Below the pieces are notes generated by a model. It saw nothing but the letters and a program-made list of their open reading frames with translations. It searched no databases and was not told the origin of the DNA. A program made the position numbers and the translations under genes. Shown one piece after another: positions 23,340 through 35,827 of a DNA stretch of 64,000 bases; positions within the stretch are counted from its first letter, which is position 1, and each line of letters opens with the position of its first letter. This DNA comes from Selaginella moellendorffii (taxonomy: Eukaryota > Plantae > Lycopodiophyta), in assembly GCF_000143415.4 (NCBI RefSeq), contig NW_003314290.1:921586-985585 (forward strand), read 5' to 3'.

Positions 23340-24692
23340 ATGGCTGCTCCTCCTGAGACCCCGATAGTCGGGGAGCCGACGTTCGTGGCGATCGTCGGGC
23401 AGCGGTTTCGCTGCGTGGAGACGGGGCACGAGATGCCAGCGGCGGAGAAGGAGGGGTATGGATCTAGCAAGAAATGCCGCGACGCTCTGTTTGATCGCGC
23501 GCTCCAGGAGGGCCGGGCACCGCTTAATTTCTTCCAGCAGAGCCCGGAATACAGGTAATGCGTGCTTGTTTCGTGGATTGGATCATTGGACTGCTGGTGT
23601 TGTGCTCGCAGGGATAAGATGCTTTGCAAGCTCACTGGTGCTCTCGTCAACAAGAACGAGAAGGCGGTCTGGAAGCACGTCCTTGGCAAGAGTTTTAACA
23701 AACAACTATGTAAGTTGTGCAAGTTTTCACAGGATTTGGAGCATTGTTTTTCCTGCGTTTCATCTTTGCAGCTGCCCAGGAGGAGAAACAAAATTCAAAG
23801 CCATCGCAACCGGATGTGGATCACGAAATGGAAGACGAGGGTGTTGACAATGAAGACATGGACTTTTGGATTCCACCAGGGGTCGATGGTAGTGACGCGG
23901 AGGTCGATACTCCTGATGCGGACGAACCGAAGAAGACGAAGGAAAAGACAAGTAGGCCTGAGTTTTTGGTACTTCCTTTCATGTTAGTTTTTACTTGGCA
24001 CAGAGAAATCGGTTGATGGTGATCAACTGAACCGGATCAAGACGAAGAAGGAAGGTATGAATCTGTTCGAAAGAAATCGAGTTTCTTATCAAGAGTGATG
24101 TCTGAATTCATCAACAGAGAAGCCTGTGAAAAAGGAGAAGTTGAAAAAAAAGAAGAAGCCTGGTTTTGCCGTTGATGAGACCGAAGATGCAATGAAGGTG
24201 AACAAGGAGCAAAAGGGTATGGAATGCATGTCTTTTGTTTAGCTCTTCTGACTTCTCTTGAACAAAAAGCTGGGAAGCGGAAGACAAAGAATCCGAAGGA
24301 TACAGATGAGACTGCGACGGAAGAAATGACGAAGATGAACAACAAGGAAAAGAAAAGCCAGGGTATGGTGTCTTTAGTTTTTTTCTTTTCGACTGTTCTG
24401 ATTTCTCTCTTATGGGTGAACTAAAAGCTGGGAAGCGGAAGGAAAAGAAACCGAGACAGAAAAGTGACGACTTGAACGACGAAGGTAAATGTCTTGATCC
24501 GTCATGTTTCCAATTTTTTGTAAATGGATCTTTTGTATCAGCCGATGAAGACGAAACACAAATACGGTATGACCATCAGTCTTTAACTGGAAATCCTAGT
24601 AAACTTCGTTCTACAGGATGAAGCGTTTGGCATTGGCTGTTGGACCGAGCAGTTTTGCGAGCCGGAAGAAGAAGAGAAAAACGGAGTCGTAA
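23340..24692 (+). CDS. SURF2: Surfeit locus protein 2 (SURF2)-like, multi-exon
   Basis: GEPTF..RFRCVETGHE..SKKCR..PLNFFQQ|KMLCKLTGALVNKNEKAVWKHVLGKSF; DFWIPP; basic end MKRLALAVGPSSFASRKKKRK. Confidence 0.85.
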
Positions 24693-25551
24693 CGTCTCAG
24701 TTTAAAGCCAGGTACAAAGAAAATCTCCTATACTTAGCAGTTTTTAGCATATCCTCACTCGACCCGTAGAATGCTTGAGGCGTAGAAAACCAACGAGTAA
24801 AGGATGTCCGCGATTCCAGGTACGCGAAGCTGTAGAAATCAAAAAGCTTCAAATTTGGATCGCAAGAAAAGTAGTACGGATAGACAAGCTAGAGGATAGA
24901 TATTGTAGTAGTGGGAACAGGATCACAGGAATGAAGCTACTTTAAACTTGTTAAGTTTATTCACAAGATTTTCAAGGGGGTAGGGGACCGAGCAATCTTA
25001 CACGAACAGACCGATAATTTGACAACTTCCGGTGAGCTTTTGGCTCTTGAGTTGTTTATGTGGACGGCTCGCAAGCCTTACATCCTTTTCAATCCCACTC
25101 AAGCATTTGGGCCTCGTGGTTCTCAGCTAAGGTTTAAAGCTCTGATTTTTTCGCTCTATCTCTCTTCTAAGTCGGTCCCTTTCAGGCGGCGTATCAAAGA
25201 AAAGTAGAGCTCTTCCTCATCCATAGCGGGCAGCAACTGGAGCTCTCACTTTCTCGACCGCGACTGGATGGATCTTTGCGACGGCCTGCCGCAACAAAGC
25301 GGCGCTCATCAATGCCCGAGATTCCACTCTTCTTCCAGTCTTTGGGACCAGGCGAGACGACGATCACTTTTAATGCGCCATGCCGGAACAGGAAAAAGGA
25401 AGCGCAAAAAAGAAAGAAAGAAAAAAAGGAGAAAAAAAAATCTTGTCCAAGGTACTTGCTCAATGTCTCCATACTTTTCCTTTGTTTTCTTCAGTAGAGA
25501 AAATCTTTGAATCAAGTCTGGCGTCTTTGACTATGGCTGACCGCTTGACTC

Positions 25552-25605
25552 CACGTGTCGTACCGCGAGTAAGGCTTTTTGCCCACGTGGGTGTCGCTCC
25601 ACGTG
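25552..25605. promoter_or_regulatory. Cluster of three G-box/ABRE elements upstream of LPA1
   Basis: CACGTG at 25552, 25584 (CCCACGTGGG) and 25600. Confidence 0.55.
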
Positions 25606-26093
25606 TGGCTATGCCAGTGGGCATCCGGTCAGCGTTGCTGCCAAGTGGCAAACATGGTGTATATACTATCAGGCGCACATGCAATTATAACGTAATCGTA
25701 TCCATCCGGGCGAAGATTCTGGGACCCACTGGTACCTGTTAGATCAGTTAATCTTCCCCGGGCAGAAAAGTCAAGCCATGGGCATTCCGGAATGTGGGCA
25801 TGCATCATAGGACCATCTCTGGCCGTTGATCTGGTGGCCTATTCCGCGGGCCGACTCGGGCTCCTTATTAAGCCGCGAGCAGGAGCCTCGTGCCTCATTC
25901 AAGCATTTTTAGGGTTGTTTGATCGCGTTGTTCTCCCTGCGCGCGCTCTAGAAATTTCGCTTCCATCGATCCCCTTTTTGGCTGGTAAGCTCGCTCGCTC
26001 GATCGGATTGTTTTTTGTTATCGGCGCTTGTTTTTGGCGCTCGCCACGCGGTTTGCCGAGAGAGAATCGGGAATGCCGCCGCTGGGGTGAGAA

Positions 26094-28697
26094 ATGAGGG
26101 CCGAGGAATCGGGGCGAGAGGCCATGGCGGAGCGTCCCAAGCTGCTCTATGTGATCGTGCACGATGAGGCGCCGAGCGATCAGGGATCAAATGTGGATCA
26201 AGATTGGAGCCAGAAGAAGCGCTTGCCCTCTTCTCGGTACACTCGCGCTGCCTTGCAGAGCACTCTCCAGTTTATGGGCTGTAAGGCACGCCATGCATTC
26301 AAGGTGCCTGGAAAAATTATTTTGCCTTCTCTTCTTCCAGGATGCTAAGTTTTCTTACCTTCGACTGTAGATCAGCGTGAGAGTTTTCGATGTGCTACGC
26401 GTGGAACCGCCCTCCAAGGTTTTCGAGTACCATGGCTATCCAGTGGAGCAGCAAGAAATCGCGGAGGAATTCCTGGAGCAGTCGAGCTTCCGGAAGCCTC
26501 CAGCGTCCCGAAGCAAGAAACGCTCCATGGTGGTTATCGGACGAGAGAAATTCCTGGATGTTGTGTGCGATGCTTTGGCACAATATCAATACGTTGGACC
26601 GAATCAAAGGGCCGACTTGATGCTTGCGTGCCGGTAAGGTTTTTCTTGACATTTTTGTTCCTCGAGCTAGACGTTTTTCTTTTTTTTTTCATTCTATTAG
26701 GTACAGGGAGCGCAAGTCTTCAGTCACGGTTCTTCTTTGCGGCACAAGCGGGTGCGGTAAATCGACTTTGTCTTCCCTGCTGGTAAGTCAGATCGATGAC
26801 GTAGTTCTCTGGATTTATTCCCTGGTTGTTCTGTTTTCCCAGGCTAGCCGGCTGGGAATAACGACAGTGGTGTCCACGGACTCAATTCGTCACATGATGA
26901 GGAGTTTTGCGGACGAGAAGTCCAATCCTCTTTTATGGGCCTCTACTTATCATGCTGGAGAATTTTTGGACCCGGTTGCTATCCGAGAGGCAACCGCTAG
27001 AAAGAAGGCGGGTACAAATCAGTCAGGGTCAGTCGAGGAGAAGGATCTGCAACAACAAGCAGAGGTGCCAGTCGAGAAAAACTCCTCGGATTCTACTGCG
27101 AAGTCGATGGTGGTCCAGGGATTCAAAGCTCAGTGTGAGATGGTCATCGATAGTTTAGACCGGCTAATCACGTCGTGGGAGCACAGGAACGAGTCGGTAG
27201 TCGTCGAAGGCGTGCACCTAAGTCTAAACTTTGTGGTAACGTGGCTCGTGCTTTTAGAAAAACTTCTCTTTTTTTTCTTTTTTCTTCTCCTAACGTGCTC
27301 TCTTTTCCTGTGTGTTTCCAGATGGGCCTCATGAGGAAGCATCCTTCGATCATCCCGTTTATGATTTATATTTCCAACGAGGAGAAACACTTGGAGCGCT
27401 TTGCGGTCCGAGCCAAGTACATGACTCTGGATCCGTCCAAGAACAAGTATGCCAAGTATATACGGAACATCAGGACGATCCAGGAATACTTATTCAAGCG
27501 TGCGGACAAGCATCTGGTCCCCAAGGTGAACAATACAAACGTGGACAAGAGCGTAGCGGGGATCCACGCCACCATCTTTGCTTGTCTCAGGAGGAAGGAA
27601 GGCGGAGAGGCTCTGTGCGACCCAGCTACCAACACTGTCAAGGTGGTCGACCAAGAGTATCAGAACCAGAGCGCCGCGTCGTCGCTGAGCTCCGAGTGTA
27701 TGTTCCAACTTATCCAGCGCAAGGGGTCGTCGCATCACCTTATGGCTCTCATGAACGTGGACGGCTCCGTGGCCAAGGCGTGGCCTATAGAATCGGTGGA
27801 CGGGACAGGAAAGCTTTCCAACGGCGACAGTGCTCCAAAGTCGGGTCCCGTGAATCTACAGTTTGGCAATTTTGGTATGAGTGCGTTTTCGACGGAGGCC
27901 GGGGAAACTAGCAGTAGTGGGGGTGGCGGTGATGGTAGTTCTCTTTCGTCGAGCTCTCCCAGGCACGCGGAAGTGGCCGAGAAAGAGGTAAGCAAGCAAG
28001 CTTTCGTTTTTCTTCCTTTGTTTCGTTTCGTTTTTTCTGGCACTGAGATTCTATCTTGGTTTGCGTAGGCAGTCGATGAATCGGCAGTATTTGTAAGCGA
28101 GGAAGAGGAAGAGCCGGAAGAGGATAATCTCAGCCTTGATAGCGATGAGGAACTAGATGATAATAAGGAAGAGCTCCAGCCAGACGAAGAGGTAGACTTT
28201 TTCTCTCTCTTTCTCAAAATTTTTCTAACTTGAGCTATCATCCACAGGTAGAAGGATCCGTCAGCGAGAGCAGCGTTAGATCAGACGAGGAAACAGAAGA
28301 TTTCATCGACAGTTTTGGGGACAACGGCGATGGATACTGGTCCGAGGAGGAAGTGTCGGATATCATGGCCGCCCTCGAGTCCGGCAGTGGTGGCAACCAC
28401 AGTGGCAGCGGCAAGAACTCGGTGCGCGCGGTGCAGCAGCGTCGTAGTACTGGTAGTAGAGCGGCAGTAGCGGCGGCGGCAGCGGCGAAACTGGACGATG
28501 CAACTCCTCGGATGGGTTTTGATATCTATAAAGTTTGTGGCCAGCGCCAGAACTCATCGTCGCACAAAAGCTCGCCTCCTCTCGTAGCGCCGTGTGCCAA
28601 GCAAATGCTTCACTCGCGGACGTCTAGCCTTCCAGTTCTTGGGGGGAGTCACCACCACCATCGCCGGCGCTCCGAGGCAGACATGGCCAAAGTTTGA
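26094..28697 (+). CDS. LPA1: P-loop NTPase LPA1 (low phytic acid 1; 2-phosphoglycerate kinase-related), multi-exon
   Basis: [40 protein letters not shown]|[39 protein letters not shown]. Start is 26094 or 26124. Confidence 0.92.
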
Positions 28698-29235
28698 TCC
28701 ACCCATCCATCAAAAGCTTCTTTCCAAACGAGGAACAAAGCTCTTGGTGGAAGTTTTGGTGCTGTTTTCAAGCATTGCGGGGTATGTAGAACTTCTCGTT
28801 TCTCGTTTTCTTTTTCTTTTTTCTTTTTCCGTTCTGGCACATAGAAGATGTGAGAATGTTTTGTAAAGAGCAAGAGCAAAGCAGAAAAGAAAAAACTTTT
28901 TTACGTTGGTTTTGGAAGTTGATACTTGATATTTGTTTTGGAAGTTGTTTTACAAGTTGATATACTTTGATATGAAGTTGATATACTAGTTTTAGAAAAA
29001 ACCTTACCTTTCCAGTGATAGTTTTTTACAATGTCACACCTTCTGTATAAAAACAAAAAGTTTACACGCCCAACGTAATACCTAGCTTTTGTAGTCAGCA
29101 GCATTAGAAGTAAGTTGCCAGCACGAAGAACTGGAATGCCTCCCCCAGCTTGCGGCAACTTATGAAAATCCCAAAGAACTTCACGGGACAAGCGCGAAGA
29201 AACTTAAATGAGAGAAGAGAGTTGAGCCAGGATGA

Positions 29236-31100
29236 TTAGTTGCTCTCGTGGAACGAAGCCGATCGAGCCATGGCCGCCGGGTTCGTGATTTGGTCCCCTG
29301 GCATCTGGAGCTGGAGCATCTTCATCCTTTGTTGGTGTTGGTGGTCCAAATCTTCAACAAAAATGGACATGATAAGTTGCGAAGAAAAGCTTTGGTACCT
29401 GAGGAGTGCTGGAAAACAGTGTGCTTTCGATCCACGCCCAGCGCCGCCCAGATGGAGCTCCTCGCCGCGTCGCCCGGATCGTCGATCCGGAGCGTCTTCG
29501 GCACCCACAAACACCCACCGTCGGATTTTTCCACGGGGCGCTTCGTACCGCCCATGGCCGCTGCGGCGGCGGCGGCGACAGCGGCGGCATTGTTGGCGCT
29601 GGCATTCGCCGCCGCCGCCACCGCCGCCATCGCCGCCCACTGCATGCTCCACTGCCCCGCGGCCGCCGCCGCCAGCACCGGCGGTACCGGCGAAGGCCAG
29701 CACGGTATACCGCACGCACCGCCGGCCTGGTGGTAAGGCATCGCGTGCTGCCCGTTCTTACCGCCCAGAAAACCCATTGGGAGGACCCATGCCGCCGCGG
29801 CAGCCGCGGCAGCAGCCGTCGCCGCCGCCGCCGCGGCATTTGCCTCCTCGGGGCATTTGTCCATCCCGCAAACTCCCGAGTTGTTGGCGGCGTTGTCGGT
29901 GGTGGTACCGCTGGCGGTACCAGTGGTGGTGGTGGTGGTGGTGGTGATACTCTTCTTCTTGTTGCTATTGTTGCTACTGGGCGATGGCGAGGAGAACGAA
30001 CCCCCGCAAACAGTGACCTCGGAGTTGCTGCTCTGGCTCGGGCACCGCTTCGTTTGCTGCTGCTGCTGCTGCTGCCGCGGCGATCCAAACTGGAAAGCAT
30101 AGCAATTCATTTCCCCGGCATTCTTACCGCCGGCGCTCTTCGGTGTCGTGACGCTACTCGGCGGCACGCCGCCGGCGCTGGTGACGATACTCCCCTCGTC
30201 GTGCTGCTGCTGGAGGATCTGCGGCGGTATGATCTTGAGCGCCTGCTGCTGCCCGTAGTTGAGCGCCGCCGCGTGCGCCGCGGCGGCGGCCGCGGCGGCG
30301 TGGTGCTGGTGCCACTGGCTACCGGGCGGTACCGCGGCGGCAGGTGTAGCGCCGGCGCCGCCGGCGCCGGCGGTATGGTGGTGGTGGTGATGATGGTGGT
30401 GGTGGTGCTTGTTCTTGCGCCGCCCGGCACCCACGGGCACGTTGCGCAGCGTACCGCCGGATGTCCAGTAGCGCTGGCAGTTCTTGCAGAAGTGGCGCGG
30501 CTGGTTTATGTTATAGTTGTTGTAGTAGCAGAATTTGGTGTCCATGCTGTCGCAACGGGGGCAGGCGACAGGCTTGTCGGGCTTCTTGGGCTTTTGCTGC
30601 TGCTGATCGCCGCCATTATCGCCGCCACTGCCCCCATCCTTGCGATCTAGCGCTTGTTGTAGATCGGTGGACGTAGTGGTGGTGGCGGCGGCGGCGGCGG
30701 CGGCGGGGCTTTGATCCACTGGCGCTTCATCAATGTCACAGTAATCCTCCTCCTGGTGATCGACCACCTCGATCACCTCCTCCTGCTCGGGCGGAGGGTG
30801 GTGATCGTCCTCGGTGATCGCTTCCTCGTCCCTCGACTCGTCCACGACCTCCTAAGATCAACAAGAAACGAATTCCCGAGGCAATGCCCAAGTGATTTTC
30901 CATCGCAACCGCAAATTCGCGACACCCACCTGCTGCTGCTGCTGCTGCAGCTGCTGTTGCTGGTGGAATTGCGGGTGATTCTTGGCGGGCTTGTCCGACA
31001 GTAGCGGGATCGTCTTGCCAAACAGTTTGATCGCCGGATCCGTCGTGCTGTTGTTGATGATCAAGCGCTGCTCACACTCCATCGTCCATCTCCTCGTCAT
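29236..31100 (-). CDS. Dof zinc-finger transcription factor, CYCLING DOF FACTOR (CDF) type, 3 exons
   Basis: IKLFGKTI motif, [53 protein letters not shown], terminal NPAAMARS. Introns 30929-30852 and 29398-29352. Confidence 0.93.
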
Positions 31101-31362
31101 CAAGACGTCACGAATCCGCGCTGCCGAGTCCTAGAATCTGCAAAGCCCGGCACCATTTCAGACAGCACACGGAATTCACACAAACGATCCGACTTACCCA
31201 GAGAGAATGCGAAGCAAGAAAACAAAGAGAAGATCGCGAGACACCCATCCGAGCAACCAAAATCATCCGCAGTAAGCTCATCCAAGCTCCCGGTGTGGCC
31301 GACAAGCCATAGCTCTTACAACTCGAGCTACACGAAAGAAAAGGGTCGCGGGGTCGAACACG

Positions 31363-31897
31363 GGACGTGGGAGATTAGGGCAACGCGGCGGCTTTTTCAT
31401 CGTGCCCAGGTGGCACCCAGCCATTGGTGGGCTCCATTTTGGGGGACCAATTGAGCACGTGGGCTTGCGGAAGGAGGTCCACAAGCCCAGCTTGTGGCTA
31501 TGGCGCCGTCCTCCCCCTCTTTACATTTTGTTTCTCCACTCACTCGACCCCACTACCCGCGCGGGGAAATATTCCACAGCGTACGAATATCCGACAGTGG
31601 GCGAGCATATTCCAGCCGCTTTCAAACGCAAGAAAAAGGCACTGTCCCTTTTCTTCTCTTTCTTTTATCTATAGAGCAATAGGTGGGCGTGCCAGGCTTT
31701 TGGGGATTTTTGGCGGGCTCTTGTGGCGGGCAGGCCGCCACGTGGCGGCTGTGGGCTCGCCCCCCCATAATGCACGTAAGCAGCAAAAGCTGGTCCACTT
31801 GGCACGTGGACATGTCGCCGTTAGAGTAAAAGATTTACTTTGGACGGTTCATTGCCACCCACCCGTTAAAAAGTGCGCACCAGGTAGATAGATATTT
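31363..31897. promoter_or_regulatory. G-box-rich promoter with an evening-element-like site upstream of the CDF gene
   Basis: CACGTG at 31456, 31739 (GCCACGTGGC) and 31803; AGATATTT (reverse complement of AAATATCT) at 31890. Confidence 0.45.
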
Positions 31898-32477
31898 GGC
31901 CCTCTAAGTAACCATGACGAGAAAAAGTATATATTATCTCTTTCTTTCTATTAGCTGTGATTGCCAAGGGGGTGCTTTTTCCCCTCTAGCATACTGTTTA
32001 AACTAATGCTATAGTATGGTTGTCAATTATAGTGTTTGTGGAAGGTTTTGATTCCATGATGCGTGCGTGGGCGAAATCGCGAGAAAAGTGTTAACAGGTA
32101 GCGCACAACCTTTACATAAAGCGCATCGTCCTTTTCGCCCGGGATAGCCACAAGTGTTGCTTTTGGGAAAGAGATTTGGGAGCATCAAAAGCTCATTTTC
32201 TCTGGTCTATAGGGCATTTGGGAAGAAAATCTTTGTACAGCCACTACCCACAGCCACATCTCTCTCGCGTACCCCCCTGGTCAAAAGCAAAAGGCCTCGG
32301 TAAAAAATATTCAACGGTCAAACACTTTCAATGGTGCTAACTCATATTCGAATGATTAACATTTCAAGGCAATGATACAAAAGAGAAGCTATGATCTATG
32401 GTTCAGTGAGAAATCTCGGACGTGATCTTACAAGAAACCTTTGCTTTGCTTTCTTTCTTTGCTTGTGATGTTGATGA

Positions 32478-33478
32478 TCACCTCTTGGCGTACGTGATGT
32501 GCATTGGAGACTCGTTGACACGAAAGGCGTGAAAGGTGCTCTTGGCAACGCTTGCCTGATCCACCTCAGCGTACTCCACGAAGGCGATGCCGGGCTTGGC
32601 GTCCACCATTCGAACCTCTTTGAAGCCCGGGATGGAGGAGAAGAGCATCTGGAGCTGCGCGCTCGACGTGTCGTGAGGGAGCTTTTGTACAAAAAGGATG
32701 TTGTTTGGAAGCGCGATCTCGGGGACGGAAGTTCGCATTGGATACTGCAAAGGCAAACAAGTGATCCAAAGATTGAGAGCTGGGAGAATTGGAAGAGATC
32801 AGATTGAAAGAAGCTTACGTGATAGGAGTGGGATTCGTGGTGCTCCCGTTTTCTCTTCTCAGCTACACCAGGGTGAAAAAACATAAAGAAAGAAAGAGTC
32901 AAGGCAAAAGCAAGAGAAAAGTTTCTTGTCTACCTTTCTCGTCTATCTTCTTTCTCTTCTCCTTGGGAATAAATGTGCCATCGAGTTTAGCCACAGCGTC
33001 GGACTTTGTTTTCGCATATTGAATCCTCTGGAAAAAAAAAAAAGAAGAAAAAAAGAAAGGAAGAACATGAACTGTGTGAGTCTGGTCATAGAATGGAACT
33101 GTGTGACTTACGAGAGCCTTGTCATAGAATGGAAACTCTTGCATTTGGCGCAGCGCATTGGTAGCAGCGGTAACATCCTCAAACACGACCCACGCCTGGC
33201 CTTTGAGCTTCAGTGACTTACACGCGACGATGTCGAGAATGTTCCCAAACTGCGAGAACACCGCTCGCAGCGATTTCACAAGCTCTGGCACAGCAGGAAA
33301 GAAAAGGCTATGATAATCTATCGCAAAAACATCGCTCTTTCGACTCACCGTCCTTCTTGATCTTCTCGTTGAGATTGTTGATGTAGATCGTCTGGTTTGG
33401 CGGAACCTCGGAAGGAGGAGGCTGCTGCGCTTGCGCTTGTGGCCCAGGCGCTGGAGGAGCCGGTGCCGCGGTCGCCAT
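32478..33478 (-). CDS. U1A/U2B'' snRNP two-RRM protein, multi-exon
   Basis: [17 protein letters not shown]|[35 protein letters not shown]; [37 protein letters not shown]. Confidence 0.95.
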
Positions 33479-33549
33479 GCCCTGCAAAATAAGAACCCTA
33501 AAATATGTAGGGTTTTAGGGCTCTTGTTTCTTCTTCTTTCTTTCGATCA

Positions 33550-35827
33550 ATGGAGGCGGCGTCGAGCTACGTTCCCGTCGGGAAGAAGCAGCTGCCGAAA
33601 TCGCGCAATCCCCTCACTGCCGATTCGAAGTTCTGGAGGCGATTCAAGAGCAGGATCGTCGACGAGCAGAAATTCGCGGTTACCTGCGTGGATTTCTGTC
33701 CGGTTTTTCCTCACGATTTTGTGGTCACAGCGTCCACCAGGGTAAGCTTCTGCCGCATTTCTTGTGCATTTGCGATGAGAATGCCGTTGTGTAGGTTGTG
33801 GTTTACGATGGAGCTTCGTGTCAAGTGAAGAAAACGATATCGAGATTCACCGATTTGGTATCTCTCTCTCTTTTTTCTTCTGTGTTTCTCGTTGTGAAGT
33901 TTTTGCTTCTCTTTGCCAGGCGTACTCTGGAAGCTTTCGTCCCGATGGACAGTTGATCATGGCTGGTGGCGAAACCGGGTTGATTCAGGTGCTTTTTTTT
34001 CTGCGTCCACAGTTTTTCTTTCGTTTTTAACTTGTGTTTCATGCATGCTCTAGATCTTCGATGCCAATAGTCGGATAACGCTCCGGCAATTGAAAGGTCA
34101 CTCCAGGTACATTGTTGTGTTGAGTTTTCATACTTGATGGTTACGCGTTTTCTCTTTTCTCTGTAGAGCTGTGCGTTGGGTTCGCTACTCGGAATCAGAC
34201 AAGCTTCACGTGTTATCTGGAAGTGATGATAATTCGGTCCGGTGGTGGGATGTTGCTAGTGAGGTTGCTACTTTTCTTGGTTTTTTTTAAGCTCTCTAAT
34301 CTAAAACGAACTCGCTTTTCTAGGAAGCAGTGGTGAAATTCCAGGAGCACACGGATTACGTTCGTTGCGGTTCATACAACCCAGCGAGTCCTGGGATATG
34401 GTAATACTCGAAAGTGTGTGGGCTTGAGCCTAAGCTTTTTTGTAGGGTCACTGGGTCCTACGACCACACTGTGCGAATGTGGGACACTCGGACTGCAAAA
34501 TCCGTATCGCTGCTGCAGGTTCTGCGTGATTTTTTTCATTTTAGTTTTTGAATTTTTTCTGACAGTACTTTGCTTTTTCAGCATGATAAGCCCTTGGAAG
34601 ATGTTCTCTTTTTTCCTTCTGGAAGTCTTCTCGCAACTGCCGGTAAGCAAGTTTATAACTGTTGTGTTTTTCCTCTCTCCAAGGTGCTTATATGATTTCC
34701 AAATAGGTGGAAACATGGTGAAGATTTGGGACGTGGTGGCTGGAAAGGTTTTGACGGTCCTCGGGAATCATCAGAAAACTGTGAAGAAGCTAAAGCTAAC
34801 GACACCTAGCGAGTCGGAATCCAGACTTCTCACGGCATCGTTGGATGGGCTGCTGAAGGTTTTTGATATCGAAGATTTCAAGGTATTTTTCTGTTCCTTT
34901 GGTACTTACGAATCATAAATTTCCGTAGGTGGTTCATGCTGCAAAATATCCAGGCCCGATATTGGCAATGGATGTTTCCCCATCGTGTACCTCGCTGGCC
35001 GTTGGAACAGCATCAGGTTTGCTTTCTGTGCGTCAAAGGAAGAGCGTAATCAGCGAAGAGAGAGCCACTCAGGCTCTTGAAGTCAGCGGGCAAGAACAGA
35101 AGCAAGTGTTGCGGCCTAGCAACTTCAGATATTTTCTACGTGGGGCTGCCGAAAAAGCATCTGTATGTTCAATAAGTCTTCCCTGTATTGCCACTATTGA
35201 CCATTGTTTCTGTTTTTATTCTCAGGATGACGATTATGTTCTTGGTAGCACAAAAAGAGCTTTGCGCCAAGAACACGACTGGCTATTACTCAAATTTCGA
35301 TACAAGGACGCTCTGCTCGCGGCTTTGAATACAAAGGATCCAACGGTACGTGCCTCTCATTCTCTGCGATTTGTTTTATTTTATACTCCGTGTAGGTGGT
35401 GGTTGCTGTAATTGAAGAACTAGTAGCTCGCAAGGGATTAGTGCAAGCATTTTCGAATTTGGAAGTAGGAGAACTGGAAATTCTTTTGGCGTTCCTGACA
35501 AAGTAAGTTGCCATGGTTACCATAGCATTGACAATTCACTGTCTCGTGACAGGCATGTTGCGTCGCCAAAGTATTCACGGCTTTTAGTTCCTGCTGCCCA
35601 TAGCGTATTTGATACATGCGCCACAAGCTTTGCAGCTTCTCAATCGCTGAAACAACAGGTATGACCGTACGTCCTAATTTTTTGTCAAGCGCGTTACCAT
35701 CAACCTTTGATATGAGGTACAGGTTACGAAGCTGAAATACGCGGTGGAGGAAGAAGTGAGGTTGCAGGAGTCACTGCAATCCTTTCAAGGAATGCTACAG
35801 ACGCTTGTTCAAGCAGCAGTTCACTGA
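33550..35827 (+). CDS. UTP15: U3 snoRNA-associated WD40 protein UTP15 (SWA1-like), multi-exon
   Basis: SKFWRRFKS, AYSGSFRPDGQL, SGSDDNSVRWWD, HTDYVRCG, NHQKTV, LLKFRYKDAL, VIEELVAR. Confidence 0.9.

Noticed and set aside
29240-30650. Long antisense or alternate-frame ORFs over the Dof gene (also over the PPR, kinase-like, P450 and NADKc genes)
   Set aside because: Expected shadow ORFs in GC-rich coding DNA; no recognisable motifs.
32300-32478. U1A autoregulatory element (AUUGCAC) in the 3'UTR
   Set aside because: No ATTGCAC match seen on the minus strand downstream of the stop.
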